Notes: generated by a model from the letters alone, not told the origin. Shown: positions 28,143-38,482, numbered from the stretch's first letter. The stretch is DNA of 64,000 bases from an uncultured Gemmatimonadales bacterium (GCA_963851265.1 CAWKNZ010000007.1:576001-640000), one strand, 5' to 3'. Numbers and translations are program-made.

Positions 28143-28892
28143 GTGTCCCGCCGCCTGCTCGTCTTCGTCCTCATCTCGATCGCGGCCGCCGCCGTCTGCG
28201 TGCGGCTCGGCATCTGGCAGCTCTCACGCCTCGCCGAGCGCCGCGCGCACAACGCCGCGCTCGCGGCGCACCTCACGATGGCGCCGGTGGGTTACGCCGC
28301 GCTCCCGCGCGACTCGGCCGGGCGCCACTACCGCCGCGTCACGGTCGCCGGGCGCCCGGATTACGCGCGCGAGTTCGTCCTCGCCAACCGCACGCGCGAC
28401 GGCGCCCCGGGCGTGCACGTGATCACCCCGGTGCGCGTCGGCGTCGGAGGGCCCGCGGGCGACACGCTCGTCCTCGTGGATCGCGGCTGGTTCTACTCGC
28501 CTAACGGCACCGACGCCGACCTCGCGCGCACGCGAGAGGGCGACTCGCTCGCCGTCACGGGCTACGTCGAGCTGCCGTCGCGGCGCCCGGGACCCGCCGG
28601 CCTGACCGGCGCGGGCGGCGCGGCGCGCGCCTACCGGGCGTACCGCTACCTCGACCCCGCCGCCGTCGCGCGCGACATCGGCGAGCCGGTGACCCGCGAC
28701 TACGTCGTGGCCGAACCACTCGCCGACCAGACCCGCCCGCCGTACGACCGGCTCAAGCGGCTCCCCACGCCCGAGGTCACCGACGAGGGGCCGCATTTCA
28801 GCTACGCGGTCCAGTGGTTCTCGTTCGCGACCGTGTCGCTCGTCGGCGCGGCGGCGTTCGTCCGGGCCGAGCGGCGTAAGGGCCGGGGCTGA
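28143..28892 (+). CDS. SURF1 family protein
   Basis: LGIWQLSR, GVHVITP, LVDRGW, HFSYAVQWF. Confidence 0.9.
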   Translation: MSRRLLVFVLISIAAAAVCVRLGIWQLSRLAERRAHNAALAAHLTMAPVGYAALPRDSAGRHYRRVTVAGRPDYAREFVLANRTRDGAPGVHVITPVRVGVGGPAGDTLVLVDRGWFYSPNGTDADLARTREGDSLAVTGYVELPSRRPGPAGLTGAGGAARAYRAYRYLDPAAVARDIGEPVTRDYVVAEPLADQTRPPYDRLKRLPTPEVTDEGPHFSYAVQWFSFATVSLVGAAAFVRAERRKGRG

Positions 28893-28912
28893 CGCCGCCG
28901 CGCGGCCCCAAC

Positions 28913-29314
28913 TCAGACGGCGGCTTTCGTCACCGGCTCGCGCCCGGTGATCATCCCCGACAGTAGCAGGCCGAGGCCGAGGAACAGGTGCAGCCCGACG
29001 TCGTTGCCGCCCAGCGGGACGAGCCCGAGTCCGTCGGGCAGGACGACGCCGAGCGCCGCCAGCACGAGGTAGACGAGCCCCGCGCCTAACAGGAAGGTGC
29101 GCGACCCGCCCATCCCGCGCGCCGCCAGCAGCCCCCACGCGCCGAAGACGAGGTGCACGCAGTTGTGCACCACGTTCACCGGAAAGAGGCCGAAGAGGTG
29201 CGGCGCGGTAATGTAGCTCGGGTCCATGCTGCCCCCCGTCGCGGCGAACCCGGACAGGCCGACGAGGACGAACGCCCATCCGAACAACTGCGAGATCCGC
29301 TGTGCTGCGCGCAT
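28913..29314 (-). CDS. DUF4383 family membrane protein
   Basis: LFGLFPVNVVHNCVHLVFG...LHLFLG; four TM helices. Confidence 0.85.
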   Translation of the reverse strand: MRAAQRISQLFGWAFVLVGLSGFAATGGSMDPSYITAPHLFGLFPVNVVHNCVHLVFGAWGLLAARGMGGSRTFLLGAGLVYLVLAALGVVLPDGLGLVPLGGNDVGLHLFLGLGLLLSGMITGREPVTKAAV

Positions 29315-29370
29315 CCGGGATACCTGTGTGACGCTGCGTGAATCGTGGCGAGGGAACGCGAGCTGTCTGG

Positions 29371-29386
29371 TGCAAACGGCTTGCCC
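29371..29386 (-). promoter_or_regulatory. sigma54 promoter candidate GGGCAAGCCGTTTGCA
   Basis: GGCA-N6-TTGCA, about 57 bp upstream of the DUF4383 start. Confidence 0.7.
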
Positions 29387-29408
29387 GCCCGGCCCATCGC
29401 GGCGCCGG

Positions 29409-30377
29409 TCAGGCCGTCGGTCCCCGTGAACGCACGGCGAGCAAGCCCACGGCGAGCGCGATCAGCACCCCACCCGCGAACGTTCCCGCGCCCACCGGCT
29501 GGCCGAGGGCCACGGCGCCGAGCATGGCCGTGAAGAACGGCTCGACCGTCGACACGATGGCCGACCGCACTGGCCCCAAGCGGGCGAGCCCGGTCAGGAA
29601 CGCGATGAACGCGAGCACGGTGCACAGGAGCGCGAGCACGCCGATCGCGAGCCACGCCGCAATCGGCAGCGCGACCAGCGGCGCCCCGCCCGCCGCGGCA
29701 GGCCCCGCGAACAGCAGCGCCGCCCCGGCGCAGACGAGCGCCGACGCCCCGATCGGGGTCAGCCGCGCCTGCAGCGCGCCCAGGTATGGGATGTAGAGCG
29801 CGTAGACGACGGCCCCGGCCAGCGCGAGCAGGATCCCGGGAAGCACGCCGCCGACCGCGCCAGTGCCGGAGCCGGCTCCCGCGGCTGTACCGGGCAGCCC
29901 GATGGTGCACGCGATCCCGACAAGGGCGAGTGCGAGGGCGGCCAGCTTGCGCCCGTCGAGCCGCTCGGTCCCCCGCACCGCGGCAACGAGCGCGACCCAC
30001 GCCGGATACGTGTAGAAGACGAAGCCGAGCGTGCCGACGGTGATCCAGTGCAGCGCCGACAGCGAGAGAAACGCGACGCCCGCCTGCCCGAGTCCGCCCA
30101 CGGCCACCGCCGCGAACTTCGCCCTGGCGGTCGCGGCGCGCGGAGCGCCCGCGGCGCGCGCACTCAGCGCGCCGAGGCCCACGGCGGCGATGGCGTAGCG
30201 CCAGAACAGCACGCCGGCGAGGGACGCGCCCGGGTGCCCCGGCGTGCCGCGCGTCGCGACGACGATGAGCGTGCTGATCGACCCGAAACAGCAGGCCGCC
30301 GCCGCGACGCGCACGGCGCCGCCGGCGAGCCCCGCCCGCGCCGTGCCGGCCGGCTCCGGGGCCGCCGCGGCGCTCAC
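29409..30377 (-). CDS. EamA/DMT family transporter
   Basis: About 10 TM helices; FYTYPAWV, GPVRSAIVSTVEP. Confidence 0.88.
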   Translation of the reverse strand: MSAAAAPEPAGTARAGLAGGAVRVAAAACCFGSISTLIVVATRGTPGHPGASLAGVLFWRYAIAAVGLGALSARAAGAPRAATARAKFAAVAVGGLGQAGVAFLSLSALHWITVGTLGFVFYTYPAWVALVAAVRGTERLDGRKLAALALALVGIACTIGLPGTAAGAGSGTGAVGGVLPGILLALAGAVVYALYIPYLGALQARLTPIGASALVCAGAALLFAGPAAAGGAPLVALPIAAWLAIGVLALLCTVLAFIAFLTGLARLGPVRSAIVSTVEPFFTAMLGAVALGQPVGAGTFAGGVLIALAVGLLAVRSRGPTA

Positions 30378-30384
30378 GCGCGCG

Positions 30385-31827
30385 TCACAGCAGCGTGCCG
30401 TGCAGGATCAGGTAGGCGACCGAGAAGTAGATGCTGAGCCCCGTCACGTCGACGAGCGTCGCGACGAACGGCGCGGACGCGCTCGCCGGGTCGAAGCCGA
30501 GGCGCCGCAGCAGGAAGGGCAGCATGCTCCCGGCGAGCGAGCCGAACGTGACGATGCCGACGAGGGCGCACCCGACCGTCGCCGCGACGAGCGCCCAGTG
30601 CGGCCCGTAGCTGAACAGCCCGAGGTGCTGCCAGATCGTGATGCGCAGGACGCCGATCACGCCCAGGATCGCGCCTAACGTGAGCCCCGCGGGCAGCTCG
30701 CGTATCGCGACCCGCCACCAGTCGCGCAGCGCGACCTCCTTGAGCGCCATCGCGCGCGTGATGAGCGACGTCGCCTGCGACCCCGAGTTGCCGCCGCTCG
30801 ACATCACGAGCGGGATGAACAGCGTGAGCACGACGGCCTTCTCGAGCTCCCCCTCGAAGCGCTGCATCGCGCTCGCCGTGAGCATCTCGGACAGGAACAG
30901 GGCGGACAGCCACCCCGCGCGCTTCTTGATCATCGCGCCGAGCCCGATCTGCATGTACGGCTCGTCGAGCGCCTCCATGCCGCCGAGCTTCTGCACGTCC
31001 TCGGTCTGCTCCTCCTGGATCACGTCGATCACGTCGTCGACCGTGACCACGCCCAACACGCGGCCGTCGGCGTCGACCACGGGCAGCGCGACGAGGTCGT
31101 AGTCCGAGATCAGCCGCGCCACCTCCTCCTGCGTCGCTTCGGCGCGCACGCTGCGCACGTCGGTCCACGCGACGTCGGCGAGCTTCGCGCCCTCCGGCGC
31201 GGCGAGCAGCTCGCGCAGCGACAGCACCCCCGCGAGCCGGCCCGCCGGGTCGGTGGTGTAGATGGCGTACATCGCCTCCTTCCGCCCCGTGCGCGCCACG
31301 CTCCGCACCCCGCGCAGCGCGTCCTCCACCGGCAGCGTCTCGGGCGCGTACACGAACTCCGTCGTCATCAGCCCGCCCGCCGTCGACGGGTCGTAGGCGA
31401 GCAGCCGCTCCGTCTCCTCGCGCTCCGCCGTCGGGATCTCCGCGAGGATCTCGTCGGCTCGCTCCTCGTTCTCCTGCGACAGCTCCTCCAGCAGGTCCGC
31501 GCGGTCGTCGGGCGACATCTCGGTGACGAGCGCGGCGGCCTGCCGCGTCGTCATCGCTTCGAGCGCGAGCGCGCGGCGGTCCTCGTCCAGGTACTCGAGC
31601 ACGTCGGCCGCCCGCGACGGCGACAGCGCGGTCAGGAACGCCACGACCCGCTCCTCCGGGATCGCCTCGGCCACGTCGGCGAGGTCGGCCGGGTGCAACT
31701 CCTCGGTCTCGAGCGCGACGCTCGCCGGGTCCTCGTCGAGGAGCGCGAGGATGTCGGGGGCGAGCAGCGCCCCGACGGGGCGATCGTCCGGCGTCCGGGT
31801 GCTGTCCGAAGCGTGGGGTGGCGTCAT
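30385..31827 (-). CDS. mgtE: Magnesium transporter MgtE
   Basis: LHPADLA, TAGGLMTTEF, CBS pair, GGNSGSQA, DPASASAPFVATLVDVTG. Confidence 0.95.
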   Translation of the reverse strand: MTPPHASDSTRTPDDRPVGALLAPDILALLDEDPASVALETEELHPADLADVAEAIPEERVVAFLTALSPSRAADVLEYLDEDRRALALEAMTTRQAAALVTEMSPDDRADLLEELSQENEERADEILAEIPTAEREETERLLAYDPSTAGGLMTTEFVYAPETLPVEDALRGVRSVARTGRKEAMYAIYTTDPAGRLAGVLSLRELLAAPEGAKLADVAWTDVRSVRAEATQEEVARLISDYDLVALPVVDADGRVLGVVTVDDVIDVIQEEQTEDVQKLGGMEALDEPYMQIGLGAMIKKRAGWLSALFLSEMLTASAMQRFEGELEKAVVLTLFIPLVMSSGGNSGSQATSLITRAMALKEVALRDWWRVAIRELPAGLTLGAILGVIGVLRITIWQHLGLFSYGPHWALVAATVGCALVGIVTFGSLAGSMLPFLLRRLGFDPASASAPFVATLVDVTGLSIYFSVAYLILHGTLL

Positions 31828-31905
31828 GCGGGCCGTCCGGGCCGAAAGGGCGAGGGAGCGTCGGGCGGGAATGTAAGAGCGCCCGTCGTCGGTACCCACG
31901 TCCGG

Positions 31906-32136
31906 CTACAACGTGCGCAGCCGCCGCTCCTCGCGCGCGCCGACCACCGCGCAGCCAGCCACCGACACCGCGGCCTCGAGCATCGCGCGCGTCACGGTCC
32001 CATCATGGTCGACCGCCGCCCCGCCCATCCACACCTCCGCGCCCGCCACCCCGGGCACGCCGGCGAACGCAGTCTCGACCGCGCGCACCGCGTGCACGGC
32101 GGGCATGTCGGCAATGGTCAGGATCCAGCGTCTCAC
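31906..32136 (-). CDS. HMA/ferredoxin-fold-like small protein lacking CxxC
   Basis: LTIADMPAVHAVRAVETAFAGVPGV...LEAAVSVAG follows the HMA pattern. Confidence 0.6.
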   Translation of the reverse strand: MRRWILTIADMPAVHAVRAVETAFAGVPGVAGAEVWMGGAAVDHDGTVTRAMLEAAVSVAGCAVVGAREERRLRTL

Positions 32137-32185
32137 GCCGCTAAACTACCCCGGCGCCAAGCCGTCTCACCATCTCAGCCTCCGC

Positions 32186-33160
32186 ATGAACGTCGCATTC
32201 CTCGGCCTCGGCGACATCGGCGCGCCGATGGCTCGCCACCTCGCCACGCCGCCCTTCTCGCTCGCCGTCTGGAACCGCACGCGCGAGCGCGCCGACCGGT
32301 TCGCCGCGGCGCTCCCCGCGGGCGCGTCCGCGCGCGTCGCCGCCACGCCGGCCGACGCGGCGCGCGGCGCGAGCATCGTGATCACCTGCCTTCCCACCTC
32401 GCGCGAGGTCGAGGCGCTGCTCGACGGCCCCGACGGGCTGCTTGCCGGGCTCGCGCCCGGCGCGGTGCTCGCCGACTGCACGTCGGGCGACCCGGACGGC
32501 TCGCGCCGGATCGCCGCCCGGCTCGCCGACCGCGGCGTCGCCTTCGTCGACGCGCCGGTGAGCGGGGGAACGATCGGCGCCGAGAAGGGCACGCTCACGA
32601 TCATGGTCGGCGGTGAGGCCGCCGCGCTCGAACAGGCGCGCCCCGCGCTCGCCGCGTTCGGGCAGAAGATCGTGCACGCGGGTCCCGTGGGGGCGGGCGA
32701 CGCGCTCAAGGCGGTCAACAACGCGCTGCTCGCCGTCAACGTGTGGAGCACCGGCGAGGGGCTCGCCGCGCTCGAGAAGGCGGGGGTGCGCGCGGAGGTC
32801 GCCCTCGACGTGATCAACGCGTCGAGCGGGCGCTCCAACGCGTCGATGAATCTCTTCCCCGAGCGCGTCCTGACGCGCGCCTTCCCGCGCAACTTCCGCC
32901 TCGCGCTACTCGCGAAGGACGCGGGGATCGCGGCCGACTTCATCCGCGCGCAGGGCGTCGACGCCCCGCTCATCTCGCGCGCCGCCGAGCTGTTTCGCGG
33001 CGCGCGCGAAACGTTAGGCGAGTCGGCCGACCACGTCGAGGCCGTGCGCGTGATCGAAGCGCAGGCCGGCGTCGAGATCGGCGGCCCGGCCACCAGTGCG
33101 GGGGGCCACGAGGAGACGCCGGAGGAGCGGGCGACCGACGTGCTCGAGCAGCCCCTGTGA
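32186..33160 (+). CDS. 3-hydroxyisobutyrate dehydrogenase family NAD(P)-dependent oxidoreductase
   Basis: VAFLGLGDIG, VWNRT, DAPVSGG, LTIMVGG, LKAVNN, KDA. Confidence 0.92.
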   Translation: MNVAFLGLGDIGAPMARHLATPPFSLAVWNRTRERADRFAAALPAGASARVAATPADAARGASIVITCLPTSREVEALLDGPDGLLAGLAPGAVLADCTSGDPDGSRRIAARLADRGVAFVDAPVSGGTIGAEKGTLTIMVGGEAAALEQARPALAAFGQKIVHAGPVGAGDALKAVNNALLAVNVWSTGEGLAALEKAGVRAEVALDVINASSGRSNASMNLFPERVLTRAFPRNFRLALLAKDAGIAADFIRAQGVDAPLISRAAELFRGARETLGESADHVEAVRVIEAQAGVEIGGPATSAGGHEETPEERATDVLEQPL

Positions 33161-34488
33161 GTGCGGGGCTGGCGCGCGACGCCTTCCCGGCGCTCGCGCG
33201 CGTGCACAACGGCCACCCGGTCGCGTACTTCGACGGGCCCGGGGGCACGCAGGTGCCCCGCGCGGTGGCCGACGCCGTCGCCGACTACCTGCTGCACCAC
33301 AACGCCACCGCGCGCTGGGCCACGCCGACCAGTCGCGAGACGGACGACGTGATCGCCGCGGCGCGCGCGGCCGCGGCCGACCTGTTGGGCGCGCGCCCCG
33401 ACGAGGTCGCGTTCGGCCACAACATGACGACGCTCGCCTTCCACCTCTCGCGCGCGCTCGGCCGCGTGCTGCCCGCGGGCCCGGGCGAGGGCGCGCCGGT
33501 GCAGCCCGGCGACGAGATCGTCGTCACCGAGCTCGACCACCACGCCAACGTCGCCCCGTGGCAGGCGCTCGCCGACGAGCGGGGCGCGGTGATCCGCACG
33601 GCGCGCCTCGACGCCGCCACGGGCACGCTCGACTGGGCGCACTTCGCCTCGCTCCTCGGCCCGCGCACGCGCCTCGTCGCGGTGAACGCCGCGTGCAATG
33701 CGTTGGGCACGCTGACGGACGTCGCGCGGGCCGCCGGGCTCGCGCGCCACGTCGACGCGCTCGTCTTCGTCGACGCCGTGCACTGGGCGCCGCACGCGTC
33801 CATCGACGTCGCGGCACTCGCGAGGGCCGGCGTCGACTTCCTCGCGTGCTCGCCGTACAAGTTCTACGGCCCGCACGCCGGCATCCTCTGGGGCCGGGCC
33901 GAGCTGCTGGCCGCGCTCGACGTGCCGCGCGTCGCGCCGTCGCCGGACACCGTGCCCGAGCGGATCGAGACGGGCACGCGCAACCACGAGGCGCTCGCCG
34001 GCACCGCGGCCGCGGTCGACTTCCTCGCGTCGTTAGGCGACGCGCCGGAGGGCGGCGGGGCGCCGGGGCCCGCGGGACCGCGCCGCCCGCGCCTCGCCCG
34101 CGCCTACACGCGCATCCGCGCCGCCGAGCAGGCGCTCGTCGAGCGGATGTGGGAGGGGCTTACCGGCCTCGACGGCGTCACGGTGTACGGCCCGCCCCCC
34201 GACCTGCCGCGCACGCCGACGGTGAGCTTCACCGTGCGCGGCGTGCACCCGCGCGACGTCACGGCCGCGGCGTCGGAGGAGGGCGTCTTCCTCTCACACG
34301 GCAACTTCTACGCGGCCACGGTCGCCGAGCGCTACGGCGTGGAAGGGCGGGGCGGGTTCGTGCGCGCGGGGGCCGCATGCTACACGACCGCGGACGAGGT
34401 GGACCGGCTCGTGGCGGCCGTGCGCGACGCGGCGCGCGGCGCCCCGCGGCCCTCGCCCGGCGCCGCCGCCATCACGGGGCCGGCATGA
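33157..34488 (+). CDS. Cysteine desulfurase-like aminotransferase class V (VC1184-like subfamily)
   Basis: YFDGPGGTQVP, LDHHANVAPW, VDAVH, CSPYKFYGPH, ETGT, GNFYA. Confidence 0.9.
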   Translation: MSAGLARDAFPALARVHNGHPVAYFDGPGGTQVPRAVADAVADYLLHHNATARWATPTSRETDDVIAAARAAAADLLGARPDEVAFGHNMTTLAFHLSRALGRVLPAGPGEGAPVQPGDEIVVTELDHHANVAPWQALADERGAVIRTARLDAATGTLDWAHFASLLGPRTRLVAVNAACNALGTLTDVARAAGLARHVDALVFVDAVHWAPHASIDVAALARAGVDFLACSPYKFYGPHAGILWGRAELLAALDVPRVAPSPDTVPERIETGTRNHEALAGTAAAVDFLASLGDAPEGGGAPGPAGPRRPRLARAYTRIRAAEQALVERMWEGLTGLDGVTVYGPPPDLPRTPTVSFTVRGVHPRDVTAAASEEGVFLSHGNFYAATVAERYGVEGRGGFVRAGAACYTTADEVDRLVAAVRDAARGAPRPSPGAAAITGPA

Positions 34489-34539
34489 CCTGCACGAGCG
34501 CGACGCCGTCGTAAGCGGTCGCACCAGGGCTGTCGGGCG

Positions 34540-35910
34540 TCATCCGGCTCGCCGTGCGGCGGGGGCGGTCGGCGGCGCACCCAGCGGACCCGGGCCGGTG
34601 ACGCCCGGCACCATCGCCCCCGGCGCGGTCGCCACCTGCGCCGCGGCGGCCGCGTCCACGTCGGTGCGCACGACCTCCGCGGCCGGCCGGCGCGCGACGA
34701 CCAGCTCGCGCACGAGCACCATCACGGCCGCGAGCAGCGGGACCGCGACGAGCAGGCCTAACGGCCCGAAGAGCAGGGTCATCACCCCCTGCGCGAGCAG
34801 CGTGAGCGCCGGCGGCAGGTCGATCCGCTGCATCAGCACCGGCACCAGCAGGTGGTTCTCGAGAAACTGGAGCAGCACGAACGCGACCGCGACGAGCACC
34901 GCGGTGTGCGGGCTCGTGAGGAACGCCATCGCGACCGCGGGTACGCCGCTGAGGAACGCCCCGACGGTGGGGATGAACTTCGTCAGCGCCGTGAGGACCC
35001 CGAGCGCGAGCGCCGCGCGCACGTGCAGGCCGAGCAGGATCGCCGTCGTCGCGACGCCGAGCACCGCCATCGTCAGCAGCTGGGCGACGAGCCAGCGCCG
35101 GAGCGCGATCGCGACCTCCGAGAGTACGGTCGCGCCGCGCTCGCGGCGCAGCGCCGGCAGCAGGGCGAGCACGCCGCGCGCGTACTGCGAGGGGTCGACG
35201 GCGAAGTAGAGGGCGAGGAAGATCGCGAGCAGCAGCCCCGTCGCCGCGGCGACGGTCGCGCGCACCACGCGCAGAGGGTCGCTGTGGCCGGCGCCCGCCG
35301 TGCGAATCCGCTCGACGAGCCGCGCGCGGAGCGCCGCACCGACCACGGACGGCGCCCGGCCGCCGGCGCGTCCGTCGGGCGCGCCGGCAGCCGCGGCGGC
35401 CCCCGCGGGGGCTGGCGCCGCTGCGGCGGTCGTCGCGGGCGAGCCGAGCGAGTCGACCCGCTCACCCGATCCAGCGGGCGCCGCAGACGCCGCGGACGCT
35501 GCAGGTGCGCCGAGCACGAACCGGAGCGGCCCGGTGTCGTGCGACGCGAGCCACGAGTCCAGCTCGGACAGCGCGTCGGGCACGCGCGTCTCGATCTCGG
35601 CCGACTGCCGGCGCAGCGTCGGCGCGAGCCAGGCCCCCACGCCGCCGAGGACCGCGCAGGCGCCCACCACGATGAGCGCCGCGCCGACCGCGCGCGGCAC
35701 CCCGAAGCGCGCGAGCCGCTCCGCACCCGCGGCGGCCGGCAGGCCGAACAGCACGCCGAGGAACGCGATGAAGAGCAGGTCGCGCACCGCCCACAGGCCG
35801 AGCCCGAGGGCGACCACGCCGAGCGCGGCGGCCGTCGCGGCCGCGGCGAGCTTGGCGATGCGGAGTGTGCTCGTCGGCGCGTCGGGGGGCGTGAGGTCGC
35901 CCGCGCTCAC
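34540..35910 (-). CDS. AI-2E (PerM) family transporter
   Basis: LRRWLVAQ, FIPTVGAFLSGVP, QFLENHLLVP, FGPLGLLVAVPL; GTG start overlapping the DUF1345 stop. Confidence 0.88.
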   Translation of the reverse strand: MSAGDLTPPDAPTSTLRIAKLAAAATAAALGVVALGLGLWAVRDLLFIAFLGVLFGLPAAAGAERLARFGVPRAVGAALIVVGACAVLGGVGAWLAPTLRRQSAEIETRVPDALSELDSWLASHDTGPLRFVLGAPAASAASAAPAGSGERVDSLGSPATTAAAAPAPAGAAAAAGAPDGRAGGRAPSVVGAALRARLVERIRTAGAGHSDPLRVVRATVAAATGLLLAIFLALYFAVDPSQYARGVLALLPALRRERGATVLSEVAIALRRWLVAQLLTMAVLGVATTAILLGLHVRAALALGVLTALTKFIPTVGAFLSGVPAVAMAFLTSPHTAVLVAVAFVLLQFLENHLLVPVLMQRIDLPPALTLLAQGVMTLLFGPLGLLVAVPLLAAVMVLVRELVVARRPAAEVVRTDVDAAAAAQVATAPGAMVPGVTGPGPLGAPPTAPAARRAG

Positions 35911-36638
35911 AGGATGTTGACGGCGCGCGCGGCGAGCACCGCGACGGTGGCGAACGAGATCAGCGATTGGATCATCATCAGCAGCTTCGCCCACCGCGAG
36001 AGGACGGGGGCGTCGGTTGGCGAGAACGCGGTGCTCGTGTTGAAGGCGAGGAACAGATAGTCGACGAACTCGGGTCGCCAGTGCAGCGCGTGCGCGCCGC
36101 CCCCGTCGTCGGAGTCGACCGTCTGTTGCGGGAAGAGGAACGCGCCCGTCCACGCCGCGTCGCGCGGGTGTGTACGCGAGCGCGCGTGCGGCCCGCCCGC
36201 GTCCACGCGCCAGTACCACGACGCGAACACGAGAATGTTCGTGAGCCACAGCGCCGCGGCCGAGCGCAGCAGTGTCTGGGGCGCCTCCGCCTTGGACGGT
36301 AACGCCGCGACGAGGCGGATCAGCCCGGCGACGAGCGCGGCCGTCATCACGCCGAGCAGCGCGACCCCGAACGCGTGGTTCAGCGTGTCGCGCCCGAGGC
36401 GGTGCGCCATGATGGTCGGCACGAGGAGCACCGACACCACCACGAGCAGCAGCCACGGCGGCCCGATCGTGAGCGAGCCGGGGAGCGCGAGCGAGAGCAG
36501 CCCGACGCCGAGCACGGCGAGAATCGCCGGCCACCGTGGCTCGTGCACGGTGACCGGCGGCTCCGGGTGTGTGATGCGCGATGCGGCGTGCATCGGCGAG
36601 TGCGGCGCCGCGTGTGGCGGGCGCGAGGACGCGGACAT
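35907..36638 (-). CDS. DUF1345-like membrane protein
   Basis: EPRWP, WYWRVDAGGP, FLFPQ, WRPEFVDYLFLAFNTSTAFSPTD, LAARAVNIL; start could be a later Met. Confidence 0.85.
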   Translation of the reverse strand: MSASSRPPHAAPHSPMHAASRITHPEPPVTVHEPRWPAILAVLGVGLLSLALPGSLTIGPPWLLLVVVSVLLVPTIMAHRLGRDTLNHAFGVALLGVMTAALVAGLIRLVAALPSKAEAPQTLLRSAAALWLTNILVFASWYWRVDAGGPHARSRTHPRDAAWTGAFLFPQQTVDSDDGGGAHALHWRPEFVDYLFLAFNTSTAFSPTDAPVLSRWAKLLMMIQSLISFATVAVLAARAVNIL

Positions 36639-36652
36639 GGTGTTGGTCGCTG

Positions 36653-36668
36653 CGCAAGGATGACACCG
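36653..36668 (-). promoter_or_regulatory. sigma54 promoter candidate CGGTGTCATCCTTGCG
   Basis: GG-N8-TTGC directly upstream of the DUF1345 gene. Confidence 0.5.
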
Positions 36669-36705
36669 TCGGGGCGCTCCCCGAGACGCCTATATTCACG
36701 CCCCT

Positions 36706-37851
36706 ATGTTCGCGTCTCGCCGCCGCCCGGCCCGTCGCGCCCGTGCGGGCGCCGCGGGCGCCGCCGTTCTCGGTGCGGTCGCCGCGCTGGCGTCGGCGTC
36801 CTGCGCGCGCGACCGGCCGGGGCGGGGGGGGCGGGGCGAGCCGTCGACCGAGTTCCTCGCGGTCGCGGGCGACTCGACGTACTGGGTGACGAGCGGGCCG
36901 GCCGGTGTCCACGTCCGGAGCGCGCCCCTGTTTCTCACGCGGTGGGACGGCCGCCTCGCCGACGTCTACGTGGTCGACGACGGCGTGCGGTTCGACGGGG
37001 CGGAGTTCTCGACCGTACGGGTGTACCGGCGCGACCTGCTGACCGGCGACAGCACGCTCGTCGCCGCCGACGACGAGGTGCCGCACCTCGCGGCGCGCTA
37101 CGCGGCCGCGCACCCCGACGCGCGTCCACTGGACGACGGGGACGACTCCGAAGCCGACCCGTCGTTCGTCGCCGAACACGGGGTCGGACTGGTGGCCGTC
37201 CACGGGCCGTACCTCACGCTCGACCTGCGCACCTTCGTCGACGGCTCCTATGCGGAGCACCTCGCGGCGCGGCGCGAGACGCTGCGGCGCCGCGTCGTCG
37301 ACCTGCGTACGGGCCGCGCCGCGTCGCTCGCCGTGCTCTTCGGTCCGACCGCGCCGGCCGCGCTCGCGGACGCCGGGCGGCGCGCCTTCGCGCGTGCGCG
37401 CGCGACGCTCGACACCCTTGCCGTGCCCGCCGCGGACGACAGCACGCGCGAGCGGGCCCGCGCCGCGCTCGCCACGCTCCGCTTCGATCCCGACAACTTC
37501 GGGCTCGCGATCGCTGCAGACGGCGGGCCCGCCGTGCAGTTCGTCGCCCTCGGTGGCGATGAGGACGGGGCCGTCACGCTCGCCCTGCCGCCGGTCGCGC
37601 TCTCGGAGGCTGGCGTGCAGGCGAGCCCCGAGCCCGCGTGGTGGACCGCCGAGGTGCGCCCGCTCTCGCCCGCGACCGCGCCCGACGCCGCGCGGCTGCT
37701 CGCCAATGTGCCGGGCCCGGCCGAGCAACTCGTCCGCCTCGACCGCCCGCCCGCCGACGCGGCACTCCGCCGGGCGCTTCGCCGCGCCTTCGACCAGAGC
37801 GCGCTCGACGACGCCGTCACGACGAGCGTCGCCTTCCGACACCGCCCGTAG
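36706..37851 (+). CDS. Hypothetical lipoprotein
   Basis: Basic N-region, hydrophobic stretch, lipobox-like ASASC; coding-like codon usage. Confidence 0.65.
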   Translation: MFASRRRPARRARAGAAGAAVLGAVAALASASCARDRPGRGGRGEPSTEFLAVAGDSTYWVTSGPAGVHVRSAPLFLTRWDGRLADVYVVDDGVRFDGAEFSTVRVYRRDLLTGDSTLVAADDEVPHLAARYAAAHPDARPLDDGDDSEADPSFVAEHGVGLVAVHGPYLTLDLRTFVDGSYAEHLAARRETLRRRVVDLRTGRAASLAVLFGPTAPAALADAGRRAFARARATLDTLAVPAADDSTRERARAALATLRFDPDNFGLAIAADGGPAVQFVALGGDEDGAVTLALPPVALSEAGVQASPEPAWWTAEVRPLSPATAPDAARLLANVPGPAEQLVRLDRPPADAALRRALRRAFDQSALDDAVTTSVAFRHRP

Positions 37852-37885
37852 CCCGCGCCGCGCTCGGCCCCGTACCCCGCCCGTC

Positions 37886-38467
37886 ATGTCCCTGTACGCC
37901 GCGCGCACGCCGCGCGAAAGTCAGCACGAGACCTCCGAGCTCATGATGCCCCAGCACGCCAACAACCTGGGGCACGTGTTTGGGGGGGTCATCCTGTCGA
38001 TGATGGACAAGGCCGCCGCCGTCGCGGCCTTCCGGCACGCGCGCGCGGCGTGCGTGACCGTCAGCATCGACCGCGTCGACTTCCGCGAGCCGATCCACGT
38101 CGGCGACCTCGTCGTGATGAAGGCGAGCGTGAACCACGTCGGCCGCACCTCGGTCGAGGTGGGCGTGCGCGTGGAGGCCGAGGAGCTGACGAGCGGCCGC
38201 CGGCGTCACACGAACTCGTGCTATCTCACGTTCGTCGCCGTCGACCGCAACGGCCGGCCGATCGACGTGCCCCCGCTCGCGCCCGAGACGCCCGACGAAC
38301 GGCGTCGCGCCGAAGCCGCGGCCGCGCGCCGCCGCCGCCGGCTCGAAGAGCGCGACGCCGAAGCCCGCCGCCAGGGTGGCGACGCGGCGTCCGACGCGGA
38401 AGACGGGCATGCCGCCGGCGCGACGGACGCACCCGCCGGGCTCGACGCGCGGCCCACGCCCGCCTAA
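37886..38467 (+). CDS. Acyl-CoA thioesterase (hotdog fold, YciA-like)
   Basis: MPQHANNLGHVFGG, MDKAA, VTVSID.VDF, GRTSVEV, YLTFVAVD. Confidence 0.92.
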   Translation: MSLYAARTPRESQHETSELMMPQHANNLGHVFGGVILSMMDKAAAVAAFRHARAACVTVSIDRVDFREPIHVGDLVVMKASVNHVGRTSVEVGVRVEAEELTSGRRRHTNSCYLTFVAVDRNGRPIDVPPLAPETPDERRRAEAAAARRRRRLEERDAEARRQGGDAASDAEDGHAAGATDAPAGLDARPTPA

Positions 38468-38482
38468 CGTTCCCGGACGCCC

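Noticed and set aside
34540..37908. 1122-aa ORF
   Set aside because: Only the last 456 codons (AI-2E transporter) are real; the rest overlaps DUF1345 and an opposite-strand gene
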